NCBI GenBank assembly: GCA_045565315.1
Contig: JBJLFO010000001.1
Span: 593,542 to 657,541, forward strand
Source: Alphaproteobacteria bacterium
GTDB lineage: Bacteria > Pseudomonadota > Alphaproteobacteria > Rhizobiales > TMED25
Direction of reading: 5' to 3'
DNA length: 64,000 bases
The notes below the pieces were generated by a model, which was not told the DNA's origin, did no database searches, and saw only the letters and a list, made by a program, of their open reading frames with translations. The stretch's first letter is position 1, and every line of letters starts with the position of its first letter. Position numbers and translations under genes: made by a program. Shown here one piece after another: positions 38,663-48,829 of the stretch.

Positions 38663-41409
38663 ATCAGAAAGTTGATAAATTGATAAATATTAATGATCTT
38701 AGATCACAAATACTAGAAATAAGTAAAGATGGGGAGGTTAATCAGGATAAGTTGAGAAGTCATATTTTTGAGATTTTGAAAGATCATTTAATCCAAGCAC
38801 GAAATAAATCGGAAGATGGTTTATTTAGGCACGGGAGTGGTATAAGAACTGCGAGAAGTATATCAAAATTCCAAGATGAATTAATTAAAATTATCTACGA
38901 TTTTGCCATTCATCATATATTTATGTCAAAAAACCCAACAGAGAGTGAAAAAGTTTGCCTTGTTGCGGTTGGTGGTTATGGAAGGGGGACCTTAGCTCCA
39001 TTTTCAGATATAGACCTACTTTTCTTATACCCCAACAAGCTTACAGCTTGGGCTGAGTCAGTAATAGAATTTATTTTGTATATGCTTTGGGACTTAGGTT
39101 TTAAAGTTGGCCATGCCACAAGAAATGTTGACCAGTGTCTTAATTTATCAAAATCAGATTTTACAATCAGAACATCTATATTAGAAGCGAGATATATCCA
39201 TGGAGATATCCAATTATTTAAAAATCTCAATGAGAAATTCAATAAAAATATTATTGCTAAAACTGCAGACGAATTCATAGAAATGAAATTAGATGAAAGA
39301 AATAAGAGACATACAACTTATGGTTCATCAAGATACCTAGTAGAACCAAATATTAAAGAGAGCAAAGGTGGATTGAGAGATCTACATACACTCTTTTGGA
39401 TAAGTAAGTATCTTTTTAGACCAGAAAAACCAGAAGATCTGATTAATTCTGATAATTTTCTGACTAAATCTGAATTAAATAGTTTTCAAAAAGCTGAAGA
39501 CTTTCTTTGGGCTATAAGATGCCATCTCCACTTTATATCAAATAGAGAAAATGAAGTTTTAACTTTTGATAAGCAGTTAGAGCTGGCTTCAAGACTAGGT
39601 TATTCTAAAAGGCCGGGTCAAAAGGATGTAGAGAGGTTTATGAAGCATTATTTTATGACTGCCAAGGATGTTGGCAATCTTACTAGAATTGTTTGTGCCT
39701 CACTTGAGGAAAGATCAATAAAGAAAGAGCCTACATTATATTCAGTAATTGATAACTTGCTAAACTTTAAAAGAAATAAAGTAAATAATAGAAATTTCTC
39801 TATTAATAAAGGACGTCTTAGTATTAGAAAAAATACAATCTTTGAGGATAGTCCTGTAGATCTAATTAGATTATTCGTTATTGCCGATAGAGAAAATGTT
39901 TTATTAAGCCCTGATATAGTTCAAAGAATAACAAGATCCCTCAGGTTTATTGATAAAAATATACGAATTAATAAGACTGCAAATAGACTTTTTTTAGAAT
40001 TATTTTCTCAGTCTTCAGACCCTGAGAAAATTCTGAGAAAGATGAATGAAACAGGTGTTCTAGGACGGTTCATCCCAGAGTTTAGGAAAATTGAGGGAAT
40101 GTCTCTCTTCAATTTATATCATAACTATACGGTAGATGAACATCTATTGAAAACGACAGGAAATATGCATAATATTATTTCTAACAAAATGCCTGAACCT
40201 CACCCCTTTTCAAATATAATTATTGGAAACTTAGAAAATAGAAAAGTTCTACTAATTGCTGCATTTCTGCATGATATTGGAAAAGGGAGAAAACAAGATC
40301 ATAGCTTATTAGGATCGCAAATAGCCGAGAGATTATGCAAACGTCTTGGTCTAAAAAGAAGTGAAATTAATGATATATCTTGGCTAATTACGAACCATTT
40401 ATTGATGAGTGATATTGCCCAAAAAAGGGATCTTTATGACCCAAAAACAATATCAGATTTTGCAAAAATTATACAAAACCAGAAAAATTTAGATAGTTTA
40501 TTAGCTTTAACTGTAGCTGATATCCTATCAGTTGGCCCCAGCATCTGGAATGCTTGGAAAAACGGGTTGCTTAAAACATTACACTATCAAACAACTGCTT
40601 TTTTAAAAGGAAATGATAAAAAATATCCAAAAAATGAAAATCTTTCCCTTATTGCAAAAGAAACTTTTAAGAAAAATAATATCCAGTGGCCAAGTCCTAT
40701 ACTAAAATCTTATGTTGATAGATTTAATGACTCCTATTGGATTACTACAGATTTAGCTTTGCAAATTGAGCATTCTAAAATTTTAAGAGATAAAGACTCT
40801 AGCAATATTTCATTAGAAATTTTTACTACTAAAAATGAGGAAAGTAATACAACTATAATAACCCTAATAGGACCTGACTATCCAAACCTACTCTCTACCC
40901 TTGCAGGAGCTTGCCTTCTCTATGATGTTAATATTGTAGATGCTCAGATTGAGACAACTATAGACGGTATTGCTATAGACACAATATCAGTAAAGAGAGA
41001 GTTTAGTGATAATGATGAAGATAGAAGGATCAAAAAAATAGCCGATACAATTAAAAAAAGTCTTGGGGGATCCTTATCTTTAAGTAAAGAGCTTTTGAAG
41101 AAAAAACATGCCATTAGCTATGAAAAAACTTTTAAAGTTGATAATATTGTGTCACTAACAAATGAGTTTTCAAATTATTCAACCGTTATCGAGATTGAAG
41201 CAAGAGATAAACCTGGTCTTTTATATGAAATTACCAATACTCTTAGAGCAACAAATATCAATATTAAATCCGCACATATTGCAACATTTGGTGAAAGAGC
41301 TAATGATGTATTTTATGTAACAAACTTATTTGATGAAAAAATAGATAGTGAAGAAAAAATAAATCGAATAAAGAACTTACTCATATCAAATTTAGAAGAA
41401 AATAATTAA
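38659..41409 (+). CDS. glnD: [protein-PII] uridylyltransferase / uridylyl-removing enzyme
   Basis: NTase motif GGYGRGTLAPFSDIDLLF, HD domain (FLHDIGKG), and two C-terminal ACT-like domains. ATGA overlap with mutS. Confidence 0.9.
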   Translation: MNQKVDKLININDLRSQILEISKDGEVNQDKLRSHIFEILKDHLIQARNKSEDGLFRHGSGIRTARSISKFQDELIKIIYDFAIHHIFMSKNPTESEKVCLVAVGGYGRGTLAPFSDIDLLFLYPNKLTAWAESVIEFILYMLWDLGFKVGHATRNVDQCLNLSKSDFTIRTSILEARYIHGDIQLFKNLNEKFNKNIIAKTADEFIEMKLDERNKRHTTYGSSRYLVEPNIKESKGGLRDLHTLFWISKYLFRPEKPEDLINSDNFLTKSELNSFQKAEDFLWAIRCHLHFISNRENEVLTFDKQLELASRLGYSKRPGQKDVERFMKHYFMTAKDVGNLTRIVCASLEERSIKKEPTLYSVIDNLLNFKRNKVNNRNFSINKGRLSIRKNTIFEDSPVDLIRLFVIADRENVLLSPDIVQRITRSLRFIDKNIRINKTANRLFLELFSQSSDPEKILRKMNETGVLGRFIPEFRKIEGMSLFNLYHNYTVDEHLLKTTGNMHNIISNKMPEPHPFSNIIIGNLENRKVLLIAAFLHDIGKGRKQDHSLLGSQIAERLCKRLGLKRSEINDISWLITNHLLMSDIAQKRDLYDPKTISDFAKIIQNQKNLDSLLALTVADILSVGPSIWNAWKNGLLKTLHYQTTAFLKGNDKKYPKNENLSLIAKETFKKNNIQWPSPILKSYVDRFNDSYWITTDLALQIEHSKILRDKDSSNISLEIFTTKNEESNTTIITLIGPDYPNLLSTLAGACLLYDVNIVDAQIETTIDGIAIDTISVKREFSDNDEDRRIKKIADTIKKSLGGSLSLSKELLKKKHAISYEKTFKVDNIVSLTNEFSNYSTVIEIEARDKPGLLYEITNTLRATNINIKSAHIATFGERANDVFYVTNLFDEKIDSEEKINRIKNLLISNLEENN

Positions 41410-41416
41410 ATCTACT

Positions 41417-42967
41417 ATGAATATAATCAAACCACTTTTCCAAATATCTGGTATGACGCTAATAAGCAGAATTTTTGGTTTCTTGAGGGATATATTAATT
41501 GCTGCATGTTTTGGTGCAGGTGGGATTGCTGATGCTTTCTTTGTTGCGATTAAGTTTCCTAACATATTTCGAAGAATACTTGCCGAAGGAGCACTGAATA
41601 TATCTTTTGTTCCAATGTTTACAAAAAAAAATGATAATAAAGACACAGCAAAAAAGTTTTATAGAGAAATTTTTAATTTCTTATTTTGGTCACTAATTCT
41701 GGTTGTATCAATATTTGAGCTACTTATGCCATCATTAATCTATTTATTTGCTCCGGGTTTTATGGATAGTGATGAAAAATTTAATCTTGTACTAGATTTG
41801 GCAAGAATATCTTTCCCCTATCTATTTTTTATTTCACTTACATCATTATTATGTGGAGTACTTAATTCTCTCGAAAAATATACTTTAGCAGCCTCTCTGC
41901 CAATTTTGGTTAATCTATTTATGATATTAGCACTATTTTTTATATTTAATAATGGTATATCCGATACAGAGGGTGCTGCTAAAATATTAATGTCTAGTTT
42001 TTTAGTATCCGGTTTAGCTCAACTACTAATATGCATTTATGCTTGTCAAAGATTGGGTTATTTACCATCAATACACTATCCAAAAATTTCAAAAAATATA
42101 AAAGACTTTTTCAAGCTAAGTTTCCCTGCTATGGGTGCCGGTGGTATTACCCAAATTAATATATTGGTTGGAACTATAATAGCTTCCTTTGAGAATAAAG
42201 CTGTTTCATATTTATACTATGCTGATCGAATTTACCAACTACCCCTTGCTTTAATTGGAATTTCAATTGGAATAGTTTTATTACCAAATCTATCGAAGGA
42301 AATTAAAAAAAATAATTCACAGTTAATTCAAGAAATACAAAATAAATCGCTAGAATTATCCCTCATACTTGCAATACCAGCATCAATTGGATTGATTTAC
42401 TTATCAAATGATATAATTATGGTTCTTTTTGAGCGATATTTATTCGATACCACTGATACCATTGCAACTTCAAGAGTTTTAATGATATTCGCACTGGGTT
42501 TGCCAGCTTTTGTGTGTATAAAAATTTTACAAATCCTATATTTTGCGAGAGAAAATACAAGTTTGCCAATGCGTTTTGCACTTATAAGTGTGATTACGAA
42601 TATAATACTTTCGATTATTCTATTCCAATATATTGGCTATATGGGTATAGCAATTGCTACAACCTTATCATCATGGTTAAATGCAATATTACTTTTTAGA
42701 AAATCTATAAAAGAAAATTTTTTAAAAATTAGTGCAAGTTTGCCTAAAAAAATATTTAAAGTAATAATTGTATCAATATTAATGATAGCCTTCCTATTTG
42801 CTATCGAAAGCTATATATTAGATATAAACTATAGTTTCGCAGGTATTGTGAATTTCTTAATACTCTTATTTTATATTATAATAGGTATTATGTTTTATTA
42901 CATAGTTTGCAGTAAAATGGCTATTATAAAAATCCAAGATTTCTTTAATGATAATAAAATGAGCTAA
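41417..42967 (+). CDS. murJ: lipid II flippase MurJ
   Basis: Polytopic 516-aa protein with the N-terminal SRIFGFLRDILIAACFGAG..ADAFFVAIKFPNIFRR motif. Confidence 0.9.
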   Translation: MNIIKPLFQISGMTLISRIFGFLRDILIAACFGAGGIADAFFVAIKFPNIFRRILAEGALNISFVPMFTKKNDNKDTAKKFYREIFNFLFWSLILVVSIFELLMPSLIYLFAPGFMDSDEKFNLVLDLARISFPYLFFISLTSLLCGVLNSLEKYTLAASLPILVNLFMILALFFIFNNGISDTEGAAKILMSSFLVSGLAQLLICIYACQRLGYLPSIHYPKISKNIKDFFKLSFPAMGAGGITQINILVGTIIASFENKAVSYLYYADRIYQLPLALIGISIGIVLLPNLSKEIKKNNSQLIQEIQNKSLELSLILAIPASIGLIYLSNDIIMVLFERYLFDTTDTIATSRVLMIFALGLPAFVCIKILQILYFARENTSLPMRFALISVITNIILSIILFQYIGYMGIAIATTLSSWLNAILLFRKSIKENFLKISASLPKKIFKVIIVSILMIAFLFAIESYILDINYSFAGIVNFLILLFYIIIGIMFYYIVCSKMAIIKIQDFFNDNKMS

Positions 42968-43983
42968 TGAGAGTTTTTTCAGGAATACAGCCATCAGGAA
43001 ATTTACACTTAGGTAATTATTTGGGTGCTATTGTAAATTTTGTTAGCCTACAGAATAAAGCTGAATGTATATACTGTGTTGTAGATCTGCATTCAATTAC
43101 GGTTTGGCAGGAGCCTAGTCATTTATACAAAAATATACATGAAATAACCGCCGGATTTGTTGCATCCGGCCTAGATCCTAAAAAAAATATAATTTTTAAT
43201 CAAAGTAAGGTAGTTGAACATTCTGAATTATCTTGGATTTTAAATTGTACTGCCAGACTTGGCTGGTTAAATAGGATGACACAATTCAAAGAAAAAGCAG
43301 GGAAAAATAAAGAAAATATGTCTATTGGTTTATATACATATCCAATACTAATGGCAGCTGATATTCTGGCATACAAGGCAACCCATGTCCCAGTTGGTGA
43401 AGACCAAAAACAACATATTGAATTATCACGGGATATTGCACAAAAATTTAATACGGACTATAAGGATAGAATTAATCTCCTGACAAAAAATAGCGAGTTT
43501 TTTGTTTTACCAAAACCTCTTATAAATGGTCCTGTTCCAAGAGTTATGTCTTTAAGGGATGGTAAAAAGAAAATGTCTAGTTCGGATTTATCTGATATGT
43601 CTCGAATAAATATTATGGATGACGAAGATCAAATTTTTAATAAAATTAGAAAATCAAAAACAGACTCAGGTATTATACCTTCTGATATTTCAGAGCTAGA
43701 TAATAGACCTGAACTTAGAAATTTAATTTCAATATATTCTGGAATTAGCAAACAATCACACCAAAATATTCTAAATGAGTTTAGTGGAGAACAATTCTCT
43801 AAACTGAAAAAATACCTCACAGATATTTTAATCGCAGAAATTTGTCCCATTGGTCATGAAATGAAAAAACTAATTTCAGATCCTTCATATATTGACAGTA
43901 TATTACTCGATGGTGCTGAAAAAGCACGAGCTATTTCTAAACCCATTTTAGCAGAGACAAAAAAAATAATAGGTTTAGCTTAA
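42967..43983 (+). CDS. trpS: tryptophan--tRNA ligase
   Basis: Class I motifs SGNLHLGNYLG (HIGH variant) and KKMSSS (KMSKS). GEDQKQHIEL also present. Confidence 0.95.
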   Translation: MRVFSGIQPSGNLHLGNYLGAIVNFVSLQNKAECIYCVVDLHSITVWQEPSHLYKNIHEITAGFVASGLDPKKNIIFNQSKVVEHSELSWILNCTARLGWLNRMTQFKEKAGKNKENMSIGLYTYPILMAADILAYKATHVPVGEDQKQHIELSRDIAQKFNTDYKDRINLLTKNSEFFVLPKPLINGPVPRVMSLRDGKKKMSSSDLSDMSRINIMDDEDQIFNKIRKSKTDSGIIPSDISELDNRPELRNLISIYSGISKQSHQNILNEFSGEQFSKLKKYLTDILIAEICPIGHEMKKLISDPSYIDSILLDGAEKARAISKPILAETKKIIGLA

Positions 43984-44014
43984 ATTAAGCCTTATAATAT
44001 GGGCAAATTTAACA

Positions 44015-44497
44015 ATGATTTTAAATATGACCAAAAAAATAAGAAAATTTTTAGTAGTAGTAGATGATACGACTGAATGCCACAGAGCAATAAGTTATGC
44101 TAGTCAAAGGGCTGTTCGAACAAATGGGAAATTATCTCTTCTTCGCATTATCAATACCACTGATTTTAAGAACCTTTACGGTGTTGAAGGAATTATGAAA
44201 CAAGAGGCTGAGGAGATGGCACAAGAGATCCTCAAGAGTCTGTCTGAAAAAGTACATAGTGAGACTGGTTTAATACCAGAAATTATTATTAGATTCGGTG
44301 AGCCTTCAATAGAAATTATAAATTTTATTAAAGAGGACAAAACTATCTCACTTCTAGTACTTGCTGCATCAAGCGAGAGCGGTAAGCCCGGCCCATTAGT
44401 ATCGCAGTTTACAGGTTCAAAAGTTGGAACTTTTCCAATACCTATAACGATTGTTCCAGGAAATCTCTCTGAAAAGACCATATTAGCTCTTACATAA
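44015..44497 (+). CDS. universal stress protein family protein
   Basis: USP-like alpha/beta fold of 160 aa (FLVVVDDT..., C-terminal VPGNL). Conserved position after trpS. Confidence 0.65.
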   Translation: MILNMTKKIRKFLVVVDDTTECHRAISYASQRAVRTNGKLSLLRIINTTDFKNLYGVEGIMKQEAEEMAQEILKSLSEKVHSETGLIPEIIIRFGEPSIEIINFIKEDKTISLLVLAASSESGKPGPLVSQFTGSKVGTFPIPITIVPGNLSEKTILALT

Positions 44498-44558
44498 AAC
44501 TTGAATTGAATATACTAAGTATATAAGTTATAATCGTACACTGATAAGGAAAAAAATT

Positions 44559-45110
44559 ATGTTTATAGAAACAGTCTCTACGCCAAATCCTAATACACTA
44601 AAGTTTATTCCAGGTTGTGAAGTGTTGCCAGGAGAGACTCGAGAGTATAAAAATCAATTGGAAGCTGAAGAATCTCCTTTAGCTGTAAAAATATTCTCAA
44701 TCGACGGAGTTTCTGGTGTTTTTTTCTCTAATGATTTCATAACTGTTACAAAATCAAATTTCGAGTGGCCACAACTTAAGCCAATAATATTGGGAGAAAT
44801 AATGGAACACTTCTTGTCTGAAAATCCATTAATTACCGGGCAGGTGCAACAAAAAAAAGAAGAATTCTATAATTCACAAGACTCTGATCTTGTTGAAAAA
44901 ATTAAGGAACTTATTGAAACAAGAGTTAGACCAGCTGTTGCTCAAGACGGGGGTGATATTACCTTTCAAGGTTATGAAAAAGGAACAGTATATCTGAACT
45001 TACAAGGTGCCTGTGCAGGATGTCCAAGTTCTACTATGACACTCAAAAATGGTATTGAAAATTTACTAAAACATTATGTTCCAGAAGTCATGGAAGTTGA
45101 AGCTATTTGA
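44559..45110 (+). CDS. NifU/Nfu family Fe-S cluster assembly protein
   Basis: Nfu_N domain (TPNPNTLKFIPG) plus a NifU C-terminal domain with CxxC (LQGACAGCPSS). Confidence 0.85.
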   Translation: MFIETVSTPNPNTLKFIPGCEVLPGETREYKNQLEAEESPLAVKIFSIDGVSGVFFSNDFITVTKSNFEWPQLKPIILGEIMEHFLSENPLITGQVQQKKEEFYNSQDSDLVEKIKELIETRVRPAVAQDGGDITFQGYEKGTVYLNLQGACAGCPSSTMTLKNGIENLLKHYVPEVMEVEAI

Positions 45111-45116
45111 TTTAAT

Positions 45117-45788
45117 ATGTATAGTTTATTAATTGACGTTGTATCTAACAACTCGATGATTCTAGTTTGGTCTCAAAAAAATAACAAATTAGTAGGTAAA
45201 AGCATTTTCTCTACGGAGAAGAATTCAAGCGAGGTTATTATCTCTAAAATTGAAGCACTTCTTAACAAATATTATATTGACTATAATCAGATAGAAAAAA
45301 TTGTTGCAGTTATTGGGCCCGGAAATTATACAAACATTAGAGTGGGAATTTCTGCAGCAAAAGGTATTGGAATCGCATTAGATATTCCCACATTTGGTAT
45401 AACTCAACATGAACTTGTAGCCAAAACTTATAAAACGAATTTAAGTTCTAATCTCGGTGTGTTAGTCCATGCAAAAAATGAAGATTTCTATTTTCAGAAA
45501 TTTAATAATGGAATAAGTTTAGATGAAATCAAGGTTGTAGGTTTCCAGGATATACTTAATGAAGTTATTGAGGAAAAACTCTGTGTAATTGAAACTGGAA
45601 AAGATTTTTTAAGCTTATTATTAAAAAATAATAAAAATTTTGGCAATTTAAAAAGCAATCATATTATGTCTATCAGTTCAATTGGGATTATTTTTAAAGA
45701 TCTTGATAAAAATACTAATAAAAATTTACCAAAATATATAAAAGATCCAAATGCAGAGAAATATAAGAAAGAAAATATCTACATATAA
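45117..45788 (+). CDS. tsaB: tRNA t6A biosynthesis protein TsaB
   Basis: GPGNYTNIRVGISAAKGIGIAL motif. Followed by rimI, as in many bacteria. Confidence 0.75.
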   Translation: MYSLLIDVVSNNSMILVWSQKNNKLVGKSIFSTEKNSSEVIISKIEALLNKYYIDYNQIEKIVAVIGPGNYTNIRVGISAAKGIGIALDIPTFGITQHELVAKTYKTNLSSNLGVLVHAKNEDFYFQKFNNGISLDEIKVVGFQDILNEVIEEKLCVIETGKDFLSLLLKNNKNFGNLKSNHIMSISSIGIIFKDLDKNTNKNLPKYIKDPNAEKYKKENIYI

Positions 45789-46239
45789 AGAAAATCTAAA
45801 TTATAGAGAAGCAAAATATGATGAAATTGATAAAATTAATCATATAATAAAATATGGTTACCATATAAAATGGGATAAAGATTTCTTCTATAAGATGATC
45901 GATAATGGAGCGTATATTCTCAATATTATAAAACTTGAAGATGAGATTATTGGCTTTATCGCTATACAAAAAATAAAAGATGAGTGTGATATCATCATGT
46001 TAATTATTGATCAAAAACATAGAGGAAAAGGTTATTCTAAATTTCTCTTGGGTGAGACTTTAAACTATTTAAAATCCTATGGAATAAAGAAAATTTTTTT
46101 AGATGTAGCAGCTACTAATCACTCTGCCATAAATTTATATGAGAAATTCGGTTTCAAGAAATTTAGTGAAAGACTTGCATATTATAAATATGATAATCTT
46201 GAAATTGATGCAATATCATATCGGTTGGTCAATAGTTGA
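45751..46239 (+). CDS. rimI: ribosomal-protein-alanine N-acetyltransferase (GNAT)
   Basis: GNAT motif A (IDQKHRGKGYSKFLL) and LDVAATNHSAINLYEKFGF. The true start may be an internal Met. Confidence 0.7.
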   Translation: MQRNIRKKISTYKENLNYREAKYDEIDKINHIIKYGYHIKWDKDFFYKMIDNGAYILNIIKLEDEIIGFIAIQKIKDECDIIMLIIDQKHRGKGYSKFLLGETLNYLKSYGIKKIFLDVAATNHSAINLYEKFGFKKFSERLAYYKYDNLEIDAISYRLVNS

Positions 46240-46292
46240 TTTTAATGCTATAATCCTATTCGATTTGAAAACATAAATATTTTGAAACTGCA

Positions 46293-46703
46293 ATGATTGA
46301 GAATATTATAGAAAAAAAATGTATTCAGAAAGGTCTTAAAATGACAGATCAAAGGAGAGTTATAGCTCGGGTTCTGGCAACTTCTAAAGACCATCCCGAT
46401 GCAGAAGAACTTTACAATCGTACTAATAAAATAAATAGTCAAATATCTCTGGCGACAGTCTATAGAACGCTCAAATTATTCAACGAAAATGGTATTTTGG
46501 AGAAACATGAGTTTAGAGATGGAAAATCACGGTATGAAACTATTCAAAAAGACCACCACGACCATTTAATAGATATAGAAACAGGTAAAGTAATTGAATT
46601 CCAAAACGAAGAAATAGAGAAACTTCAAGAAAGAATAGCTAGTGAATTAGGTTATGATATCATCGAACATAGATTAGAAATATATGCTATAAAGCAAAAA
46701 TAA
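46293..46703 (+). CDS. fur: Fur family transcriptional regulator
   Basis: DNA-binding helix ISLATVYRTLKLF and metal site HHDHLIDIETGKVIEF. The structural CxxC pairs are absent. Confidence 0.8.
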   Translation: MIENIIEKKCIQKGLKMTDQRRVIARVLATSKDHPDAEELYNRTNKINSQISLATVYRTLKLFNENGILEKHEFRDGKSRYETIQKDHHDHLIDIETGKVIEFQNEEIEKLQERIASELGYDIIEHRLEIYAIKQK

Positions 46704-46720
46704 ATAAAAGTTAGGTATTT

Positions 46721-47500
46721 ATGATAACATCCCGAATTAAAAGTTTCGTCATCATAATAATCATTTTAATAATCACAACTTTATTACTACCAATTCAAAC
46801 CCTCTTTCATAAATTAAATACCCAAGCTTCCTATACCCTCCCAATGTTTTATCACAGGATTTTCATAAAACTTTTAGGTATCAAAATTACAATAAAAGGA
46901 GAGATAGATGATAAACCGGGACTTATAATTTCTAATCATGGCTCATGGGTTGATATTTTCTTGATAAGTTCAATTTCAAAAACAGTTTTTGTTGCAAAAA
47001 ATGATGTTTCAAAATGGCCAATTATAAGTTTTCTTGCAAAGTTACAAAAAACTATTTTTATTGATCGGAATAATCCAAAGAAGATGATAAAGACGGTAAA
47101 AGACATAGAAAAAAGAATATTAAAAAACGAAAAAATTGTTATTTTTGCTGAGGGAACTTCAAGTGATGGTAATAAAATTCTCCCATTTAAGTCATCCATA
47201 TTTCTTATCTGTGATTTAATGAAAGAGAAAAATATTAATATTCAACCAATTTCAATTGCATATACGAAATATAACGGGCTAGCAATAGATAGAACAAGTC
47301 GTCCTTTAATCGCATGGTATGGAAATATGAATCTTTTAAGCCATTTATATAAAATGATACAATCGGGTTCATTTGATATTGAAATAACTTTCCATAATAA
47401 AATTGACTTATCTGAAAAAAAATCTAGAAAAGAAATATCAAGTGAATGTGAAGAGAAAATAAGGAATGGTTTTCTTCAATCACTTAAAAGGGGTATATAG
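46721..47500 (+). CDS. plsC: 1-acyl-sn-glycerol-3-phosphate acyltransferase family protein
   Basis: N-terminal TM helix, HX4D motif (NHGSWVD), and FAEGTSS. Confidence 0.75.
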   Translation: MITSRIKSFVIIIIILIITTLLLPIQTLFHKLNTQASYTLPMFYHRIFIKLLGIKITIKGEIDDKPGLIISNHGSWVDIFLISSISKTVFVAKNDVSKWPIISFLAKLQKTIFIDRNNPKKMIKTVKDIEKRILKNEKIVIFAEGTSSDGNKILPFKSSIFLICDLMKEKNINIQPISIAYTKYNGLAIDRTSRPLIAWYGNMNLLSHLYKMIQSGSFDIEITFHNKIDLSEKKSRKEISSECEEKIRNGFLQSLKRGI

Positions 47501-47506
47501 GATTAT

Positions 47507-48829
47507 ATGATGAAAAAAATATTTGTTAAGACCTATGGATGTCAAATGAATGTCTATGACTCCGAGAGAATTATAGAGTCTTTGTCTGAAAAAGGTTTTA
47601 CACAAAGTAAGGAAATAAAAGATAGTGATGTTGTGATCTTTAATACATGTCATATTAGAGAAAAAGCTGCCGAAAAATTATACTCTGATATTGGAAGACT
47701 TAGAAAAAATAGTAAAACAAAAAAAATCATAGTAGCAGGATGCGTAGCACAGGCTGAAAATACAGAAATTATAAAAAGAATGCCAGATGTTGATTTAGTT
47801 ATTGGACCTCAATCGTATCATAATATTGTAAATTTAATCCCAAAATTAGATAAAAAGAATAAATTCGTGGAGACTGATTTTCCTCTAGAAAGTAAATTCG
47901 ATATCCTTAAAAAAAGGTCCAAGCAAGAGAAAAAACCCACTGCTTTTCTTACTATTCAAGAGGGCTGTGACAAGTTTTGTACATTTTGTGTTGTTCCTTA
48001 TACAAGGGGGTCGGAATATTCACGAACTACAAGAGAAATCATAGAAGAGGCAAAAGAGTTGATTGACCAAGGTATTATAGAATTGACCTTACTTGGTCAA
48101 AATGTAAATGCTTATCATGGTGATAATTTGAACAAGAAAACAGCTAATCTTGCAGATCTCATTTATGAGTTATCAAAATTACCTGACTTAAAAAGACTAC
48201 GTTATACAACAAATCATCCAAATGATATGAATGAAGATCTTATTTTTGCTCATAGGGATATAGAAATACTAATGCCATACATACATCTACCTGTGCAGTC
48301 AGGCTCTGATAGGATGCTGAAGTTGATGAACAGAAAACATTCACAAAATAGTTATCTTGATATAATTGAAAAAATTAGAAATTCACGAGAAGATATAGCC
48401 ATTTCTAGTGATTTTATTGTGGGGTTTCCCGGGGAAACAGATAAAGATTTTGAGAAAACAATCAGCCTTATTAATAAAGTTAACTATGCCCAAGCTTATT
48501 CATTTAGTTACTCTCCAAGACCTGGAACTCCTGCAGCAGATTATGAAAATCAGGTTCCAAAAAATATAAAAATGGAGAGATTACATCACCTTCAAGGTTT
48601 ATTGAAAGAACAACAAATAAATTTTAATAAAAATTTCTTAAATACCACAGTCTCAATTCTGATAGAGAGAGAAGCCAAAGATGGTCGTCTGACAGGAAAA
48701 AGTCCTCATTTACAATCTGTATATTTTAATAATGAAGGCAATAAACTTAATATTGGTGATTTTGCTCAAGTATATGTTGATTCTGCCAGTGTTAGCAGTC
48801 TAGATGGAAGTATCGTTGAAAACAGATAA
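47507..48829 (+). CDS. miaB: tRNA-2-methylthio-N6-dimethylallyladenosine synthase
   Basis: N-terminal YGCQMN, radical SAM motif CDKFCTFCVVP, and a TRAM domain. Confidence 0.95.
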   Translation: MMKKIFVKTYGCQMNVYDSERIIESLSEKGFTQSKEIKDSDVVIFNTCHIREKAAEKLYSDIGRLRKNSKTKKIIVAGCVAQAENTEIIKRMPDVDLVIGPQSYHNIVNLIPKLDKKNKFVETDFPLESKFDILKKRSKQEKKPTAFLTIQEGCDKFCTFCVVPYTRGSEYSRTTREIIEEAKELIDQGIIELTLLGQNVNAYHGDNLNKKTANLADLIYELSKLPDLKRLRYTTNHPNDMNEDLIFAHRDIEILMPYIHLPVQSGSDRMLKLMNRKHSQNSYLDIIEKIRNSREDIAISSDFIVGFPGETDKDFEKTISLINKVNYAQAYSFSYSPRPGTPAADYENQVPKNIKMERLHHLQGLLKEQQINFNKNFLNTTVSILIEREAKDGRLTGKSPHLQSVYFNNEGNKLNIGDFAQVYVDSASVSSLDGSIVENR

